DNA from: Longimicrobiales bacterium
Lineage (GTDB): Bacteria > Gemmatimonadota > Gemmatimonadetes > Longimicrobiales > Gaopeijiaceae
Length of the DNA stretch: 64,000 nucleotides
Assembly (NCBI GenBank): GCA_965116905.1
Contig: OZ220732.1
Coordinates: 2,624,001-2,688,000 of the forward strand
Reading direction: 5' to 3'
Below, piece after piece: positions 20,811-31,125 of this stretch. The translations under genes were made by a program, and so were the position numbers. Each line of letters opens with the position of its first letter. Position 1 is the stretch's first letter. The notes beneath the pieces are model-generated. The model worked only from the letters and a program-made list of their open reading frames with translations. It did not search any database and was not told the DNA's origin.

Positions 20811-22557
20811 CCCGTCGGCCCCCACCGTCCTCGAGGGCTTCCCCGCCGCCGAGGGAATTGCCAGGGGGACGGTGCGGCGGGTCGAGTGGAGCATCCCCGA
20901 GGTTGCGCACACCAGTGTACGGGCCCGCTCGACTGCTGGCGAGCTCGAGTGTTTCCGGGCGGCGCTGACCGATGCCCGCCGGCAACTCGAAGCGCTGAAG
21001 CGCGAGACCGAAGACCGCCTCGGGCCGGTCGAGGCGAGGATCTTCGATCCACAGATCCTCATGCTCGACGATCCCGACGTCGTGGAGGGAACCGAACGCT
21101 ACATCGCGGAGAACCGCCTCGCGGCGGCACGCGCCTTCGATTGGAGAATGCTGGAGCTCAAGGAGCGCTGGTCGCAGACCGACCAACCCATGGTGCTCGA
21201 CAGGCTCAACGACCTGGCGGACCTCAAGCTTCGTGTTCTGACCCGCCTGCTGGCGCTGCCCGCGCCGTGGGACCTGGGTTCCGCGACCGGGGTGGTGGCC
21301 GTGGCGCGAGACCTGACACCCAGCTTCGTGGCGACCCTGGACACCGATGCGGTTGTGGCCCTCGCGACCGACGAGGGTACGCGGACATCCCACTGGGCCA
21401 TCCTGGCGCGGTCGTTGCAGATCCCGGCCGTGGCGGGGCTGAATGGGGTGTCCTCGCAGGCGAGAGACGGGCAGATAATGGTCGTGGACGGGCGCTCCGG
21501 CAGGGTCGTCATCGATCCGGACGCGCGGGAAGCCGAGCGCTTCGAGCTGCGTCGGTCGGCGATCTTGGGGTGGAGGCGTGAGATCGCGGCGATTGCGCGT
21601 GAGGATGCGGTTACGCTCGACGGTACCGGGGTGGCGCTCCGGGCGAATCTCGACCTGCCCGGAGAGGCGGAGCGGGCCCTGGAACACGGCGCCGACGGGA
21701 TCGGGCTTTTCCGCACGGAGTTTCTCGTCGTGGGCCGCAACCGAGCCCCGGAAGAGGAGGAGCAGTACCACGCGTACAGAAGGGTGGCGAAGACTTTTGC
21801 CGGCCGGCCCGTCCTGACCCGCACCTTTGACCTGGGCGGGGACAAGTTCCCGGTCTTCCTGCGTGCTCCGGCCGAGGAAAACCCCCTCCTCGGCAGGCGG
21901 GGCGTGCGCGTTCTGCCGGACGAGACCGCGCTGTTCCTCACACAATTGCGTGCGATGCTGCGGGCCACCGCACACGGGGACGTGCGGATCATGGTGCCGC
22001 TCGTCAACACCCCGGAAGAGATCGTGTCGGTACGGCGGCTCCTTCGAACGGCCGAGGAGCAGTTGCGCCGCGAGGGCGTGCCGTTCTCGGAGCACGTCAG
22101 GCTGGGCGCCATGATCGAGACGCCGGCGGCGGCCCTGCAGTCCCTACAACTGGCCGCGCATGTCGATTTTCTTTCCATTGGCACCAACGACCTGGTCCAG
22201 TATACCCTGGCGGTCGACCGGACGAGTACACGCCTGGCCCACCTCTTCGACGAACTGCATCCGGCGGTGTTGCGGCAGATCTCGATGGTGGCGGAGGCCG
22301 GCAGGCAGGCGGGCGTGGAGGTGAGCGCCTGCGGAGAAATGGCCGCCAGGCCACTGGGCGCCCTGCTGTTGCTGGGCCTGGGCGTGGAGGCCCTGTCCGT
22401 GGCGTGGCCGTCCCTGCTCGAGATCAAGAGACTGGTCCGCAGGTGTCGCATGAGCGCGGTGCGCGCCGCGGCTGCCGAAGCCCTGAGTGCGCCGACCAGC
22501 TGCGACGTGAGACTGCGGCTCGACGAATCGCTGGGGGACTTGACGAGTCCCCCATAA
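20803..22557 (+). CDS. ptsI: PTS enzyme I
   Basis: TSHWAILARS, GIGLFRTEF, DLGGDK, MIETP, SIGTNDLVQY, CGEMA. Confidence 0.94.
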   Translation: MSDPSAPTVLEGFPAAEGIARGTVRRVEWSIPEVAHTSVRARSTAGELECFRAALTDARRQLEALKRETEDRLGPVEARIFDPQILMLDDPDVVEGTERYIAENRLAAARAFDWRMLELKERWSQTDQPMVLDRLNDLADLKLRVLTRLLALPAPWDLGSATGVVAVARDLTPSFVATLDTDAVVALATDEGTRTSHWAILARSLQIPAVAGLNGVSSQARDGQIMVVDGRSGRVVIDPDAREAERFELRRSAILGWRREIAAIAREDAVTLDGTGVALRANLDLPGEAERALEHGADGIGLFRTEFLVVGRNRAPEEEEQYHAYRRVAKTFAGRPVLTRTFDLGGDKFPVFLRAPAEENPLLGRRGVRVLPDETALFLTQLRAMLRATAHGDVRIMVPLVNTPEEIVSVRRLLRTAEEQLRREGVPFSEHVRLGAMIETPAAALQSLQLAAHVDFLSIGTNDLVQYTLAVDRTSTRLAHLFDELHPAVLRQISMVAEAGRQAGVEVSACGEMAARPLGALLLLGLGVEALSVAWPSLLEIKRLVRRCRMSAVRAAAAEALSAPTSCDVRLRLDESLGDLTSPP

Positions 22558-22684
22558 TCTCCTTCCGTGACAGTCCCGGCGGCGCTGTGCCCTGGCCGTT
22601 CCCCGGATCGCCGGGCGGGGCTGCCGAGGAAGCGGGCACGGCATCTCCAACACCATTCACTTCTGCCAGAAGAAGCCGACACTC

Positions 22685-23872
22685 TTGAGTCTGAGTCTTT
22701 TCACATCCGAATCCGTTACGGAGGGGCACCCCGACAAGATCGCCGACCAGGTATCGGACGCCGTCGTCGACGCCATCCTGGCCACAGACCCGCAGGGCCG
22801 CGTCGCGTGTGAAACGCTGGTCGCGGCGGACAGGGTGCTCGTGGCGGGCGAGATCACGGTGGACGGGGAGCGTCCCGACGTCCCGGGCCTTGTCCGGCGC
22901 GTCATGCGTGACGCGGGCTACACCCGGCCCATGTACGGCCTGGACGGCACCCGTTGCGACCTGGCCCTGAATTCGCAGTCGCCGGAGATCGCGGCGGGCG
23001 TCGACCTCGGGGGAGCAGGTGACCAGGGCATGATGTTCGGGTTCGCCTGCGCCGAAACTCCGGAGCTCATGCCCGCGCCCATTTCGGCCGCTCACGCGCT
23101 GGTCAAGCGGCTGGCGCAGGTTCGCAAGGCGGGCGAGATCCCGTGGCTGGGGCCCGACGGCAAGTCGCAGGTCACCTTCGAGTACGATGGAATCGACCCC
23201 GTGCGGATCGCCACGGTCGTCGTCAGCACGCAGCACGCAGCCACACACCGGGGCCGCAAGCTGACCCAGGAGGACATCCGCGCCGAGGTCATTCGCAAGG
23301 TCATCGTCCCGGTGCTCCCGGAGCGCCATTTTGCCGCCGACGACGCAAAGATCCATGTGAACCCGAGCGGCAGCTTCGTATCCGGAGGACCGGAAGCGGA
23401 CGCGGGACTCACCGGGCGCAAGATCATCGTCGATACCTACGGAGGCATGGGCGGGCACGGCGGCGGCGCCTTCTCGGGCAAGGACCCGACCAAGGTGGAT
23501 CGGTCCGGGGCCTACGCCGCCAGGTGGGCCGCCAAGAACCTGGTCGCAGCCGGTGCTGCCTCCCGGTGCGAGGTGCGCCTGGCGTATGCGATCGGCAGGC
23601 CGGAACCGGTGCAGGTGTGGGTGGAATCGTTCGGAACCGGGTGCGTGCCGGACCCCGCTCTGTCGGCCGCGGTTCAGGACGTCTTCGATTTCCGGCCCAG
23701 ACGGATCATCCGTGATCTCGGTCTGAGGGAACCGGTCTTCGGGCCAACCGCGGCGTACGGGCATTTCGGCCGTACTCCGGCGGAAGCCAGCGCGGGTGGA
23801 CGCGATGTCAGTCTGTTCACGTGGGAGCGCACGGATCGCGTGGACGAACTGCGGACGGCGCTGGCGCTGTAG
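22685..23872 (+). CDS. metK: S-adenosylmethionine synthetase
   Basis: [36 protein letters not shown]. Confidence 0.97.
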   Translation: MSLSLFTSESVTEGHPDKIADQVSDAVVDAILATDPQGRVACETLVAADRVLVAGEITVDGERPDVPGLVRRVMRDAGYTRPMYGLDGTRCDLALNSQSPEIAAGVDLGGAGDQGMMFGFACAETPELMPAPISAAHALVKRLAQVRKAGEIPWLGPDGKSQVTFEYDGIDPVRIATVVVSTQHAATHRGRKLTQEDIRAEVIRKVIVPVLPERHFAADDAKIHVNPSGSFVSGGPEADAGLTGRKIIVDTYGGMGGHGGGAFSGKDPTKVDRSGAYAARWAAKNLVAAGAASRCEVRLAYAIGRPEPVQVWVESFGTGCVPDPALSAAVQDVFDFRPRRIIRDLGLREPVFGPTAAYGHFGRTPAEASAGGRDVSLFTWERTDRVDELRTALAL

Positions 23873-24010
23873 TTTCGTATCCCGGTCCGACTGCGGTTGC
23901 CCGACACGGGGGCGGGGTCGGAACGGGTGGCGCGGGACGGGTACGGGATACAACTTGTTACCCCCCCGGCGTCGCCGGCCACCGCAGAAGCCGCCAGGCG
24001 AGGAGGTCAT

Positions 24011-24526
24011 GTGATTGAGGTCAATGTGCAGAGCCTCGCGTTTGATCGCACTTCGAATACGCCGGTCGTCATTCTGCGCGAGGTGGGCACGGATCGGGTG
24101 CTGCCGATATGGATCGGGCCCGGTGAGGCGAGCGCGATCGCCATGCAGTTGGGAGGCGTTTCCTTCCAGAGGCCGTTGACCCACGATCTTCTGGTCTCGG
24201 TTCTGGGCGGACTCGGAGGGACCCTGCAGCGGGTTCTGATCACGCGTGTCGAGGACAGCACCTACTTCGCCGAGCTCATCATCGACCGGGACGGTGATCT
24301 CATATCGGTGGACGCGAGACCTTCGGACTCGATCGCCATCGCCCTGCGCGCCGAGGCGCGCATATTCGCGGACGACGCCCTGCTGGCGGCCGTGTCGGAG
24401 GCCATGCCCGTCACCGACGGCGACGAAGAGGGCGAGGAGAACGGCGAATCGCGCATAAGCGGCGAAGCCCTCGAGGAGCACCTGCGCAGGTTGCGCCCCG
24501 AAGATTTCGGACGGTTCGACCACTGA
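24011..24526 (+). CDS. Bifunctional nuclease family protein (DUF151)
   Basis: VLPIWIG, RPLTHDL, DARPSDSIAIAL; GGAGG RBS before GTG 24011. Confidence 0.9.
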   Translation: MIEVNVQSLAFDRTSNTPVVILREVGTDRVLPIWIGPGEASAIAMQLGGVSFQRPLTHDLLVSVLGGLGGTLQRVLITRVEDSTYFAELIIDRDGDLISVDARPSDSIAIALRAEARIFADDALLAAVSEAMPVTDGDEEGEENGESRISGEALEEHLRRLRPEDFGRFDH

Positions 24527-25656
24527 TCTCCTCACGTCCCACAGATCCGGCTCCGGCCGCACGCGGGCGCCGCGCCGCACCCCTCCGTCACGCGGCGTGC
24601 TGCGTCCTGGCGCTGCTTTCCACCGCGCAACAGTCCCCGGATCGCATCGTGCTGGCCGGACAGGTCCTCATCGGGGACGCTCCCGCGGATTCCGGCACCG
24701 TGGTGCTTCACCGGGTCTCGCCGACGTTCACCGGTGCGCTGGACAGCGTCCGGGTGGAGCGGGGCGGTGTCTTCACGATGCCACTCGCCGACCTGTCGGA
24801 GGACGCGACCGACGACGTCTTCTTTGCGTCGATCCGGTACCGGAACGTGCTCTACGTCGGCGGCGCGATCACCGACACGGGTGATCTCGCGGACCCCTAT
24901 GTCATCAGGGCGTATCCGACCGTCGCCGCCGGTCCCGGTATCTCCCTGCCCATCCGCGTCCGCAATTTCTTTGCGGTCCGGGAGGACGGGGGCAACGGCT
25001 GGTCCGTGAGTGACCTGTTCGAGTTGCGCAACGACTTCCAGGCCACGGTGATCGCCAGCGAGGCCGGTGCCGCGTGGTCGTACGCCCTGCCCCCCGGTGC
25101 CGTGGACTTCGAGGTCGGCCAGAGCGACCTCTCGCCGGGCGCGGCGAGCTTCAGCGGGGGACGGCTCCACGTCTCGGCCGCGATCCCGCCTGGCGAGAGC
25201 GTCTACCTGGTGCGCTACAGAATCCCCACGGGCGAATTCACTATCCCGCTCGAGGGCGTCACGGAGTCCGTGGAGCTGCTGATCCGCGAACCGGCCGGCG
25301 ACCTCTCGGTCACCGGACTCATGTCCACCGAGCCGGTCACGCTGGAGGGCGTGACGTATCGGCGCTTTGCGGGACGGGAGGTGGCTCCCTCGGTGGTCAC
25401 CGTCGGATCCGGGTCGCGCCTGCTTCCGGGGAACCGGATCGCGCTTGTCGCCGTGATGCTCGCCTTGGCACTGGCGCTGGTGGGCGCGGTCCTTGCCTTC
25501 CGTTCACCCGCACGAACCGTCGCCGGGACGGCCGGGGGACGGCGACACACGCTCGTCGAGGTGGCCCGGCTCGATGAACGCTGGCAAGCCGGAGCCATCG
25601 AAGCGGAGGAGTACGATCGGCGCCGCCGCCAACTTCTCAGGGACCTCGAAGGATGA
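24523..25656 (+). CDS. Hypothetical exported protein with C-terminal membrane anchor; start uncertain (CTG 24523 or GTG 24649)
   Basis: Open frame from 24523 adds a signal-like segment; beta-rich body; TM segment IALVAVMLALALALVGAVLAF; LDERW..G.I..EEY.RRR tail. Confidence 0.6.
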   Translation: MISSRPTDPAPAARGRRAAPLRHAACCVLALLSTAQQSPDRIVLAGQVLIGDAPADSGTVVLHRVSPTFTGALDSVRVERGGVFTMPLADLSEDATDDVFFASIRYRNVLYVGGAITDTGDLADPYVIRAYPTVAAGPGISLPIRVRNFFAVREDGGNGWSVSDLFELRNDFQATVIASEAGAAWSYALPPGAVDFEVGQSDLSPGAASFSGGRLHVSAAIPPGESVYLVRYRIPTGEFTIPLEGVTESVELLIREPAGDLSVTGLMSTEPVTLEGVTYRRFAGREVAPSVVTVGSGSRLLPGNRIALVAVMLALALALVGAVLAFRSPARTVAGTAGGRRHTLVEVARLDERWQAGAIEAEEYDRRRRQLLRDLEG

Positions 25657-25705
25657 GCGCCGGTCCGGTCAAGAGCAGACGGTACCCGCCGACGCGAGCC
25701 ACTGG

Positions 25706-26479
25706 ATGGCCATCGTAACGACCGACGCGATCCTGTTGCGTGCCCACCCGTTCTCCGAGAGCAGCCGGGTCCTCAGGTTCTACACGCGCGATCTCGGCCT
25801 GGTTGGCGTAATGGCCCGCGGAATCCGCCGCGGTGCGTCCCGGGGGCACGGCGGCGTCGACACGTTCGGGGAAGGCACCGCCGTGATCCTTGTGCGGGAT
25901 GGCCGGGAGTTGCAAACCCTGCGCGAGTTCAGCCCCGTGAAGGTGCGTTTCGCGCTCGCTGCGGACTTCCGGCGCCTCGCCGGGGCGTCGATCGCCGCCG
26001 AGATCGTGCTCCGGCACGCGGCCGAGGAGCCCAGCACCCAGCTCTACCAGGCGCTTTCCGTCGGTCTGGACAGGCTTGGGAGCGCGGTGGCCGGGGACAT
26101 CGTCGGCGAGGTGCTCGCGCTCGGCTGGTGTATCATCCATGCTCTCGGCTTCGCCCCGGAACTCGCGGTCTGTACGGGGTGCGGCCGCGCGCTCGAACCG
26201 GATGAGATGGCGCGCTTCGATCTCTCGGCCGGCGGGGTGCGCGGCTCGGAATGCTCCGCAGCCGACGGGTCGCGGCGCATCGGACCCAAGGCCCGCGTGC
26301 AACTGCTCGCCCTGCTCCGCGGGACGGTCCCCGGGGAACTGCTTGGACCCGGCGCCCACCTCACGCTGCTCGACGACTTCGTCACCTACCATATGCTGGG
26401 CGGCCGCCGCCTCGCGTCGTTCGACTTTCTCGATCCCTCTCCACCGGGCAAAGACGATGACTCCGGCAACGGACGGTGA
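25706..26479 (+). CDS. recO: DNA repair protein RecO
   Basis: AILLRAHPFSESSRVLRFYTRDLG...ARG; GFAPELAVCTGCG. Confidence 0.88.
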   Translation: MAIVTTDAILLRAHPFSESSRVLRFYTRDLGLVGVMARGIRRGASRGHGGVDTFGEGTAVILVRDGRELQTLREFSPVKVRFALAADFRRLAGASIAAEIVLRHAAEEPSTQLYQALSVGLDRLGSAVAGDIVGEVLALGWCIIHALGFAPELAVCTGCGRALEPDEMARFDLSAGGVRGSECSAADGSRRIGPKARVQLLALLRGTVPGELLGPGAHLTLLDDFVTYHMLGGRRLASFDFLDPSPPGKDDDSGNGR

Positions 26480-28412
26480 GATGCCCGGTGCCGCTCCGGA
26501 AGAGCGACACGGCCAGGCGGCGCTGATCCTCGGCACCGCGGGCCACATCGATCACGGCAAGACGGCGCTCGTGCGCGCGCTCACGGGCGTCGACACGGAC
26601 CGTCTGGCCGAGGAGCGGAAGCGCGGCATCACGATCGAGCTGGGGTTCGCGCGCTACGCGTCCGAGAGCGGTCCGAGCTTCGGCATCGTGGATGTCCCGG
26701 GACACGAAGGCTTCGTCCGCACGATGGTGGCCGGCGCCTCGGGCATGGATCTCGTCCTCATGGTGGTTGCGGCCGACGAGGGGGTGATGCCGCAGACGCG
26801 CGAACACCTCGCCATCGTACGCATGCTGGGCGTCGGGGGAATGGTCGTCGCGATCACGAAGACGGACCTGGTGGACGACGAGTGGCTCGAACTCGTCGTC
26901 GACGAGGTGCGTGAACTGCTCGCCGCCACGCCGTACGAATCCGCCGAGATCGTCCCCACGTCGGTTCGGACCGGGACGGGACTGCCGGATCTGGCCGGCG
27001 CGATCTCGCGGTGTGCCGACCGGGCGCGGGCCAGGGCAACCGACGATCTGGCGCGCCTTCCGGTCGACCGGGTTTTTGCCATGGAGGGTGCGGGCACCGT
27101 GGTGACCGGGACCCTGTGGTCGGGACGCCTTTCGCGCGGCTCCGTGGTGCGGGTACTGCCCCGGGGGGACGAGGCCAGGATTCGTGCGCTCCAGGTGCAC
27201 GGCGCTCAGGTCGAGCACGCCGTCGCCGGACAGCGCACGGCCGCCGCCCTCACGGGAGCCGTGGTGAGGCGGGGACATGTCGCGCGCGGAGACGTGATCG
27301 TGTCGAGCAGCAGCTGGTCGCCGTCCCTGATGCTCACGGTGGAGCTCAGCGCGCTGGAGGGGAGCGGGTGGCGCATCGAGACCGGGCAGCGGGTGCGCGT
27401 GCATCTCGGAACCGTCGAGGTGATGGCTAGGCTGGTCCTGTTCGGCGTCGACGAGGCCGTGCCCGGCGAGCCCGTTCCAGCGCAGCTCCGCCTTGAGGCC
27501 CCGGTGGTCGCGCGCTGCGGCGACCGGCTGGTCGTGCGCTCCTACTCACCCATCACCACCATCGCCGGGGGCACCGTTCTGGAGCCCGTCCCGCCGAAGC
27601 GCAAGCGTCTTGCCCGGGCCGACCGTGATGCGCTTGCGGCATTGTCGAAGGGCGGCCGGCAATCGGTGCTGGGTGCGGTCGGCCTCGCTGGCTGGGCGGG
27701 GCTCGAGGTCGGCGCCCTGGGCGTGGCCGCCGGATGGCACGGGGACCCGAGCGAAGACCTGGCCGATCTCGCCTGGCGTCTCGACGGGGTGCTCTTCGAC
27801 CACGACATCGCGGCGGCCGGCGAGGAGAAGCTGCTGGGGCTCGTCAGCCGCCACCACCGCGAGCACCCGCTGGAGCCCGGGGTTCCCCTGAGCGCGCTGC
27901 GCACGGCTCTTCCCGGGAGAGCCCACCCCCGGCTGGCCGACGGCCTCGCCTCGCGCCTGGCCGCGGAGGGTCGTCTGGTCATCGAGGGCAAGGTCGCGCG
28001 ATTGCCCGGCTTCGAGCCGGCCCTCTCGCCTGCCGAGGAACGGCTCGCCGAGCGCATCCTCACGATCCTCGACGATGCGGGCTTGAAGGGCCCTGACCTG
28101 GGTGAACTCCAGGCCGCCCTGGACGATCCCGGAACGGAGGCGGTCCTCCGGTTTCTGGCCATGCAGGATCGTGTGCGCGTGTTGGGGGATCTCTACTGGG
28201 TCACCGCCGCGGCCCTGGAGCGCGCGGCATCGCGGGTGTCGGAGGCGTTGGGGGGCCGCGAGGGACTCGGTCCGGCCGACTTCCGTGAAGTGCTGCCGGT
28301 AACGCGCAAGCACCTGATACCAATCCTGGCCTACCTGGACGCGCAGGGCGTGACACAACGCCTCGACGACGGAAGACGGGTTTCGAGCAGGGAGCCGGGC
28401 GAAACTGCTTGA
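26457..28412 (+). CDS. selB: Selenocysteine-specific elongation factor
   Basis: [49 protein letters not shown] winged helix. Confidence 0.95.
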   Translation: MTPATDGEMPGAAPEERHGQAALILGTAGHIDHGKTALVRALTGVDTDRLAEERKRGITIELGFARYASESGPSFGIVDVPGHEGFVRTMVAGASGMDLVLMVVAADEGVMPQTREHLAIVRMLGVGGMVVAITKTDLVDDEWLELVVDEVRELLAATPYESAEIVPTSVRTGTGLPDLAGAISRCADRARARATDDLARLPVDRVFAMEGAGTVVTGTLWSGRLSRGSVVRVLPRGDEARIRALQVHGAQVEHAVAGQRTAAALTGAVVRRGHVARGDVIVSSSSWSPSLMLTVELSALEGSGWRIETGQRVRVHLGTVEVMARLVLFGVDEAVPGEPVPAQLRLEAPVVARCGDRLVVRSYSPITTIAGGTVLEPVPPKRKRLARADRDALAALSKGGRQSVLGAVGLAGWAGLEVGALGVAAGWHGDPSEDLADLAWRLDGVLFDHDIAAAGEEKLLGLVSRHHREHPLEPGVPLSALRTALPGRAHPRLADGLASRLAAEGRLVIEGKVARLPGFEPALSPAEERLAERILTILDDAGLKGPDLGELQAALDDPGTEAVLRFLAMQDRVRVLGDLYWVTAAALERAASRVSEALGGREGLGPADFREVLPVTRKHLIPILAYLDAQGVTQRLDDGRRVSSREPGETA

Positions 28413-28438
28413 CTTCGGATGCCCCGCCCGGGTACTAT
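28409..28438 (+). promoter_or_regulatory. Sigma70-like promoter
   Basis: TTGACT-18 nt-TACTAT upstream of the gene at 28531. Confidence 0.55.
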
Positions 28439-28530
28439 TGGCGCACGAGTTGCCAGTCCACGGGGCCGTGCAGGCCCCATGCCCTGGGGGGCGATCGCAC
28501 GAACGCTACTGAACGAAGGCAGGACAGATT

Positions 28531-28971
28531 TTGAGACGCATCGTTTGCGTCGGGGTTTTTCTTTGTTTCGGTGTCTTGGGCCGCGCTGCGGGACAGGAAC
28601 GTCCTCCAGCGGCCGGTGAACAGGACCCCGGGTTCACGCTGGAGCAGAACTACCCGAACCCCTTCAACCCCGAGACGCGGATCCCGTTCGAGTTGTACGA
28701 ATCCCTCTTCGCCGAGGAGGGTTCGGCTACGGTGTCGATCCGCATCTACAACATCCTGCAGCAGTTCGTGGCGGCACCCGTCGCGGTGGGATTTCCGGGC
28801 GGAGAGGGACTGCCGATGCTCCAGCTCGAATACAGCTCCCCCGGAGAGTACGAGGCCTACTGGGACGGTCGTGACCGAACCGGCCGGCAGGTCGCGTCGG
28901 GCGTCTACTTCGTCCAGATGGTCGTAAACGGCCGCGAACCGGTGATCCGGAGGATGTTCGTCACCAAGTAG
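28531..28971 (+). CDS. Small secreted FlgD-Ig/T9SS-CTD-like domain protein
   Basis: Signal peptide, then LEQNYPNPFNPETRIPF, IRIYNILQQ, WDGRD..GRQVASGVYF. Confidence 0.8.
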   Translation: MRRIVCVGVFLCFGVLGRAAGQERPPAAGEQDPGFTLEQNYPNPFNPETRIPFELYESLFAEEGSATVSIRIYNILQQFVAAPVAVGFPGGEGLPMLQLEYSSPGEYEAYWDGRDRTGRQVASGVYFVQMVVNGREPVIRRMFVTK

Positions 28972-29006
28972 TGTTCGTCACCAGGCAGGTGTTCGTCTCC
29001 AGGTAG
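28955..29006 (+). repeat. 17-18-bp tandem repeat x3 beginning with the last codons and stop of the upstream gene
   Basis: tgttcgtcaccaagtag / tgttcgtcaccaggcagg / tgttcgtctccaggtag. Confidence 0.85.
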
Positions 29007-29018
29007 CCGCGGCGCCCT

Positions 29019-29471
29019 TCAGACCCCCTTCGATTCGAGCAGCCGGAAGAACTCGTCCGCGGAACGCAGGGCGGACAGCTTCTCGGGCACGTCCCGATGC
29101 TTCGCGAACTGCGCCAGCCTCCCCAGGACCGGCAGATACTGCACGGACACCTCCACCGGCGGCGCGACGATCAGAAAAAAATGGTGCACGGGCCGGTTGT
29201 CGATGGCCTCGAATTCGACACCGCCGCGGTGCCGTCCATACGCGAGGCGCAGCCGACGCACCGTCAGCGAGCGACAGTGAGGAATGGCGATGCCGCGGCC
29301 GATCCCCGTCGAGCCCAGGCTCTCCCGCCGGCGCAGCGTCCGCGACAGGGTCCTCTCCGAGCGCTCATCCAGCGCCAGCAGCGAGACGAGTGCGCCCAGA
29401 ACACCGTCCCGCGTTTCCCCGGCCAGATCGAGGCTGACCCGTTCGCGGGTGAAGAAGTCGCTGAGAATCAT
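29019..29471 (-). CDS. ptsN: PTS EIIA, nitrogen/fructose type
   Basis: RESLGSTGIGRGIAIPHCR, FEAIDNRPVH. Confidence 0.85.
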   Translation of the reverse strand: MILSDFFTRERVSLDLAGETRDGVLGALVSLLALDERSERTLSRTLRRRESLGSTGIGRGIAIPHCRSLTVRRLRLAYGRHRGGVEFEAIDNRPVHHFFLIVAPPVEVSVQYLPVLGRLAQFAKHRDVPEKLSALRSADEFFRLLESKGV

Positions 29472-29568
29472 TTCCGGCGCGCGAGGAAGCCTTCGCTGAA
29501 CGTGAACTGGATGCGGCGGGGAAGTTATTCGCACTGGCCAGCGAAAACCAGCGGATTAGCTTTGGACG

Positions 29569-30579
29569 ATGAACAGACTGCCATTCGAGATACCCGGGGA
29601 TTCGGCCACGCCCCTTTTTCTCGCCCCGCAGGCCGGCGTTTCGGAAGCACCGTTTCGCCGTCTTTGCCGCAGCTTCGGCGCCGACGTTGTGCTGACGGAG
29701 TTCGTCAGCGCCGAGGGGATCATGCGCGGGAACGAGCGGACCGCCGAGTACCTGCGCTTCGACGACGAGGAACGGCCGATCGGAATCCAGATCTTCGGGG
29801 CCGAACCCGTCACGATGGGAGACGCCGCGGCGCTCGTGACCGAGGTGTACGCGCCGGATTTCGTCGACATCAACTTCGGCTGTCCGGTGAAGAAGGTCGT
29901 GAAGCGCAACGGCGGCTCGGGATGTCTGCGCGATCCGGAGCTGGTGCGCAGGATCGTTCGTGCCGTCGAGGAGGCGACGCCGCTGCCCGTCACGGCCAAG
30001 ATCCGCTCCGGCTTCGACGAGAGTACCCGGGACCCCGTGCGGTTCGGCTTGATCTGCCAGGACGCGGGGGCCCGGATGGTGACCCTGCACCCGCGCACTC
30101 GCGCCGACATGTACTCCGGCCGGGCCCGGTGGGATGAGATCGCGGCCCTGGCCCAAGCGCTGGAGGTGCCCGTGATCGGCAACGGCGACGTCCGCTCGGG
30201 CGAGGACGCCCTGCGCATGAAGGAGCAGACCGGATGCCACGGAATCATGATCGCCCGTGGGTCGCACGGCGCGCCGTGGCTGTTCCGGCAGTCGCGCGCC
30301 GCTCTGGACGGCCGGCCGGTCCCGGGGCAGCCGGGCGTGCGGGAGCGTTTCGACATCTGCGTGGAACATGCCCGCAACGCGATCGCGTTCGAGGGCGACC
30401 CCGACAAGGCCGTGCGCGAGTTCCGCAAGCACCTCGGCTGGTACACCAAGGGTCTGCGCGACGGCCGCGTCCTGCGTCAACGCCTGTTTCAGGTTCGCGA
30501 TCTCGACGAGGTGCGGTCCGTCCTCGATGATTATCTGACCCGCCGCGGCGTGCGTCGCCCGGAAGAGGTTCTCGTCTGA
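29569..30579 (+). CDS. dusB: tRNA-dihydrouridine synthase B
   Basis: LAPQAGVS, IQIFG, DINFGCPVKKV, TAKIRSG, HPRTR, GNGDV, RKHLGWY. Confidence 0.92.
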   Translation: MNRLPFEIPGDSATPLFLAPQAGVSEAPFRRLCRSFGADVVLTEFVSAEGIMRGNERTAEYLRFDDEERPIGIQIFGAEPVTMGDAAALVTEVYAPDFVDINFGCPVKKVVKRNGGSGCLRDPELVRRIVRAVEEATPLPVTAKIRSGFDESTRDPVRFGLICQDAGARMVTLHPRTRADMYSGRARWDEIAALAQALEVPVIGNGDVRSGEDALRMKEQTGCHGIMIARGSHGAPWLFRQSRAALDGRPVPGQPGVRERFDICVEHARNAIAFEGDPDKAVREFRKHLGWYTKGLRDGRVLRQRLFQVRDLDEVRSVLDDYLTRRGVRRPEEVLV

Positions 30580-30641
30580 CCGGAAGAGGGTTCGCGTCCG
30601 TCCGGAGAGGTTCTCGTCCGACCGGAGGGGTTCTCGTCTGA
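30559..30641 (+). repeat. 20-22-bp tandem repeat x4 starting with the dusB 3' end and stop
   Basis: ccggaagaggttctcgtctga / ccggaagagggttcgcgtccgt / ccggagaggttctcgtccga / ccggaggggttctcgtctga. Confidence 0.9.
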
Positions 30642-30723
30642 CCGCGGCGGCCTTATCGTTACCTTCACAGGGTGGCCGCGGGGCCGGTAGTGACCGGACA
30701 GCCACCGGTTGATTGAAAGCTTT

Positions 30724-31078
30724 GGGGGCGACACGGCTTCGACGGGTTTGGAGATTTCGGAGTTGCGTGCCGAGGTCCGGGGATTCCTCGTAAAAACCCC
30801 CGGAAAACCAAACAAATGCCAACAACGATCTGGCACTGGCCGCTTAACCAATAGCAGCCCGTTCCCCGATCTGCCCGCCCGAGGCGGGTCGCGGGAGCGT
30901 CGACGAGTCGGGCTGGTCTTCGGTCCACGCCACGGGACCGCGGGACGAGACACCATGTGGCTAGCTCCGGTCAGGGTTGTTCGCCGACCCGTCCGGAAGT
31001 GAACCGAACGGCGATCTACGCACGTAGAAGCTCGGAAGGACCCATTCGCGGACGCGGGTTCGATTCCCGCCGCCTCCA
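30724..31078 (+). ncRNA. ssrA: tmRNA; tag peptide (A)ANNDLALAA* at 30818-30847
   Basis: 5' GGGGGCG pairs with 3' CGCCTCC-A including the G3.U alanine determinant; TTCGAC near the 5' end; T-arm GCGGGTTCGATTCCCGC; tag ends LAA*; 3' CCA not encoded. Confidence 0.96.
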
Positions 31079-31125
31079 TTTGCCCCGCGGCAACACGACG
31101 TTTCTCGCTGGAGACCTAAAGAGAC

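Noticed and set aside
22558..22684. SAM riboswitch upstream of metK
   Set aside because: Stems exist (22584-22592 with 22634-22642), but I see no SAM-I/II consensus and such pairing is common at this GC content. An Rfam scan would settle it.
28413..28530. tRNA-Sec after selB
   Set aside because: No cloverleaf, UCA anticodon arm or T-loop; the region looks like a promoter.
30559..30641. Repeats after dusB as a mini-CRISPR
   Set aside because: Units are directly adjacent with no spacers, derive from the dusB 3' end, and no cas genes are present.
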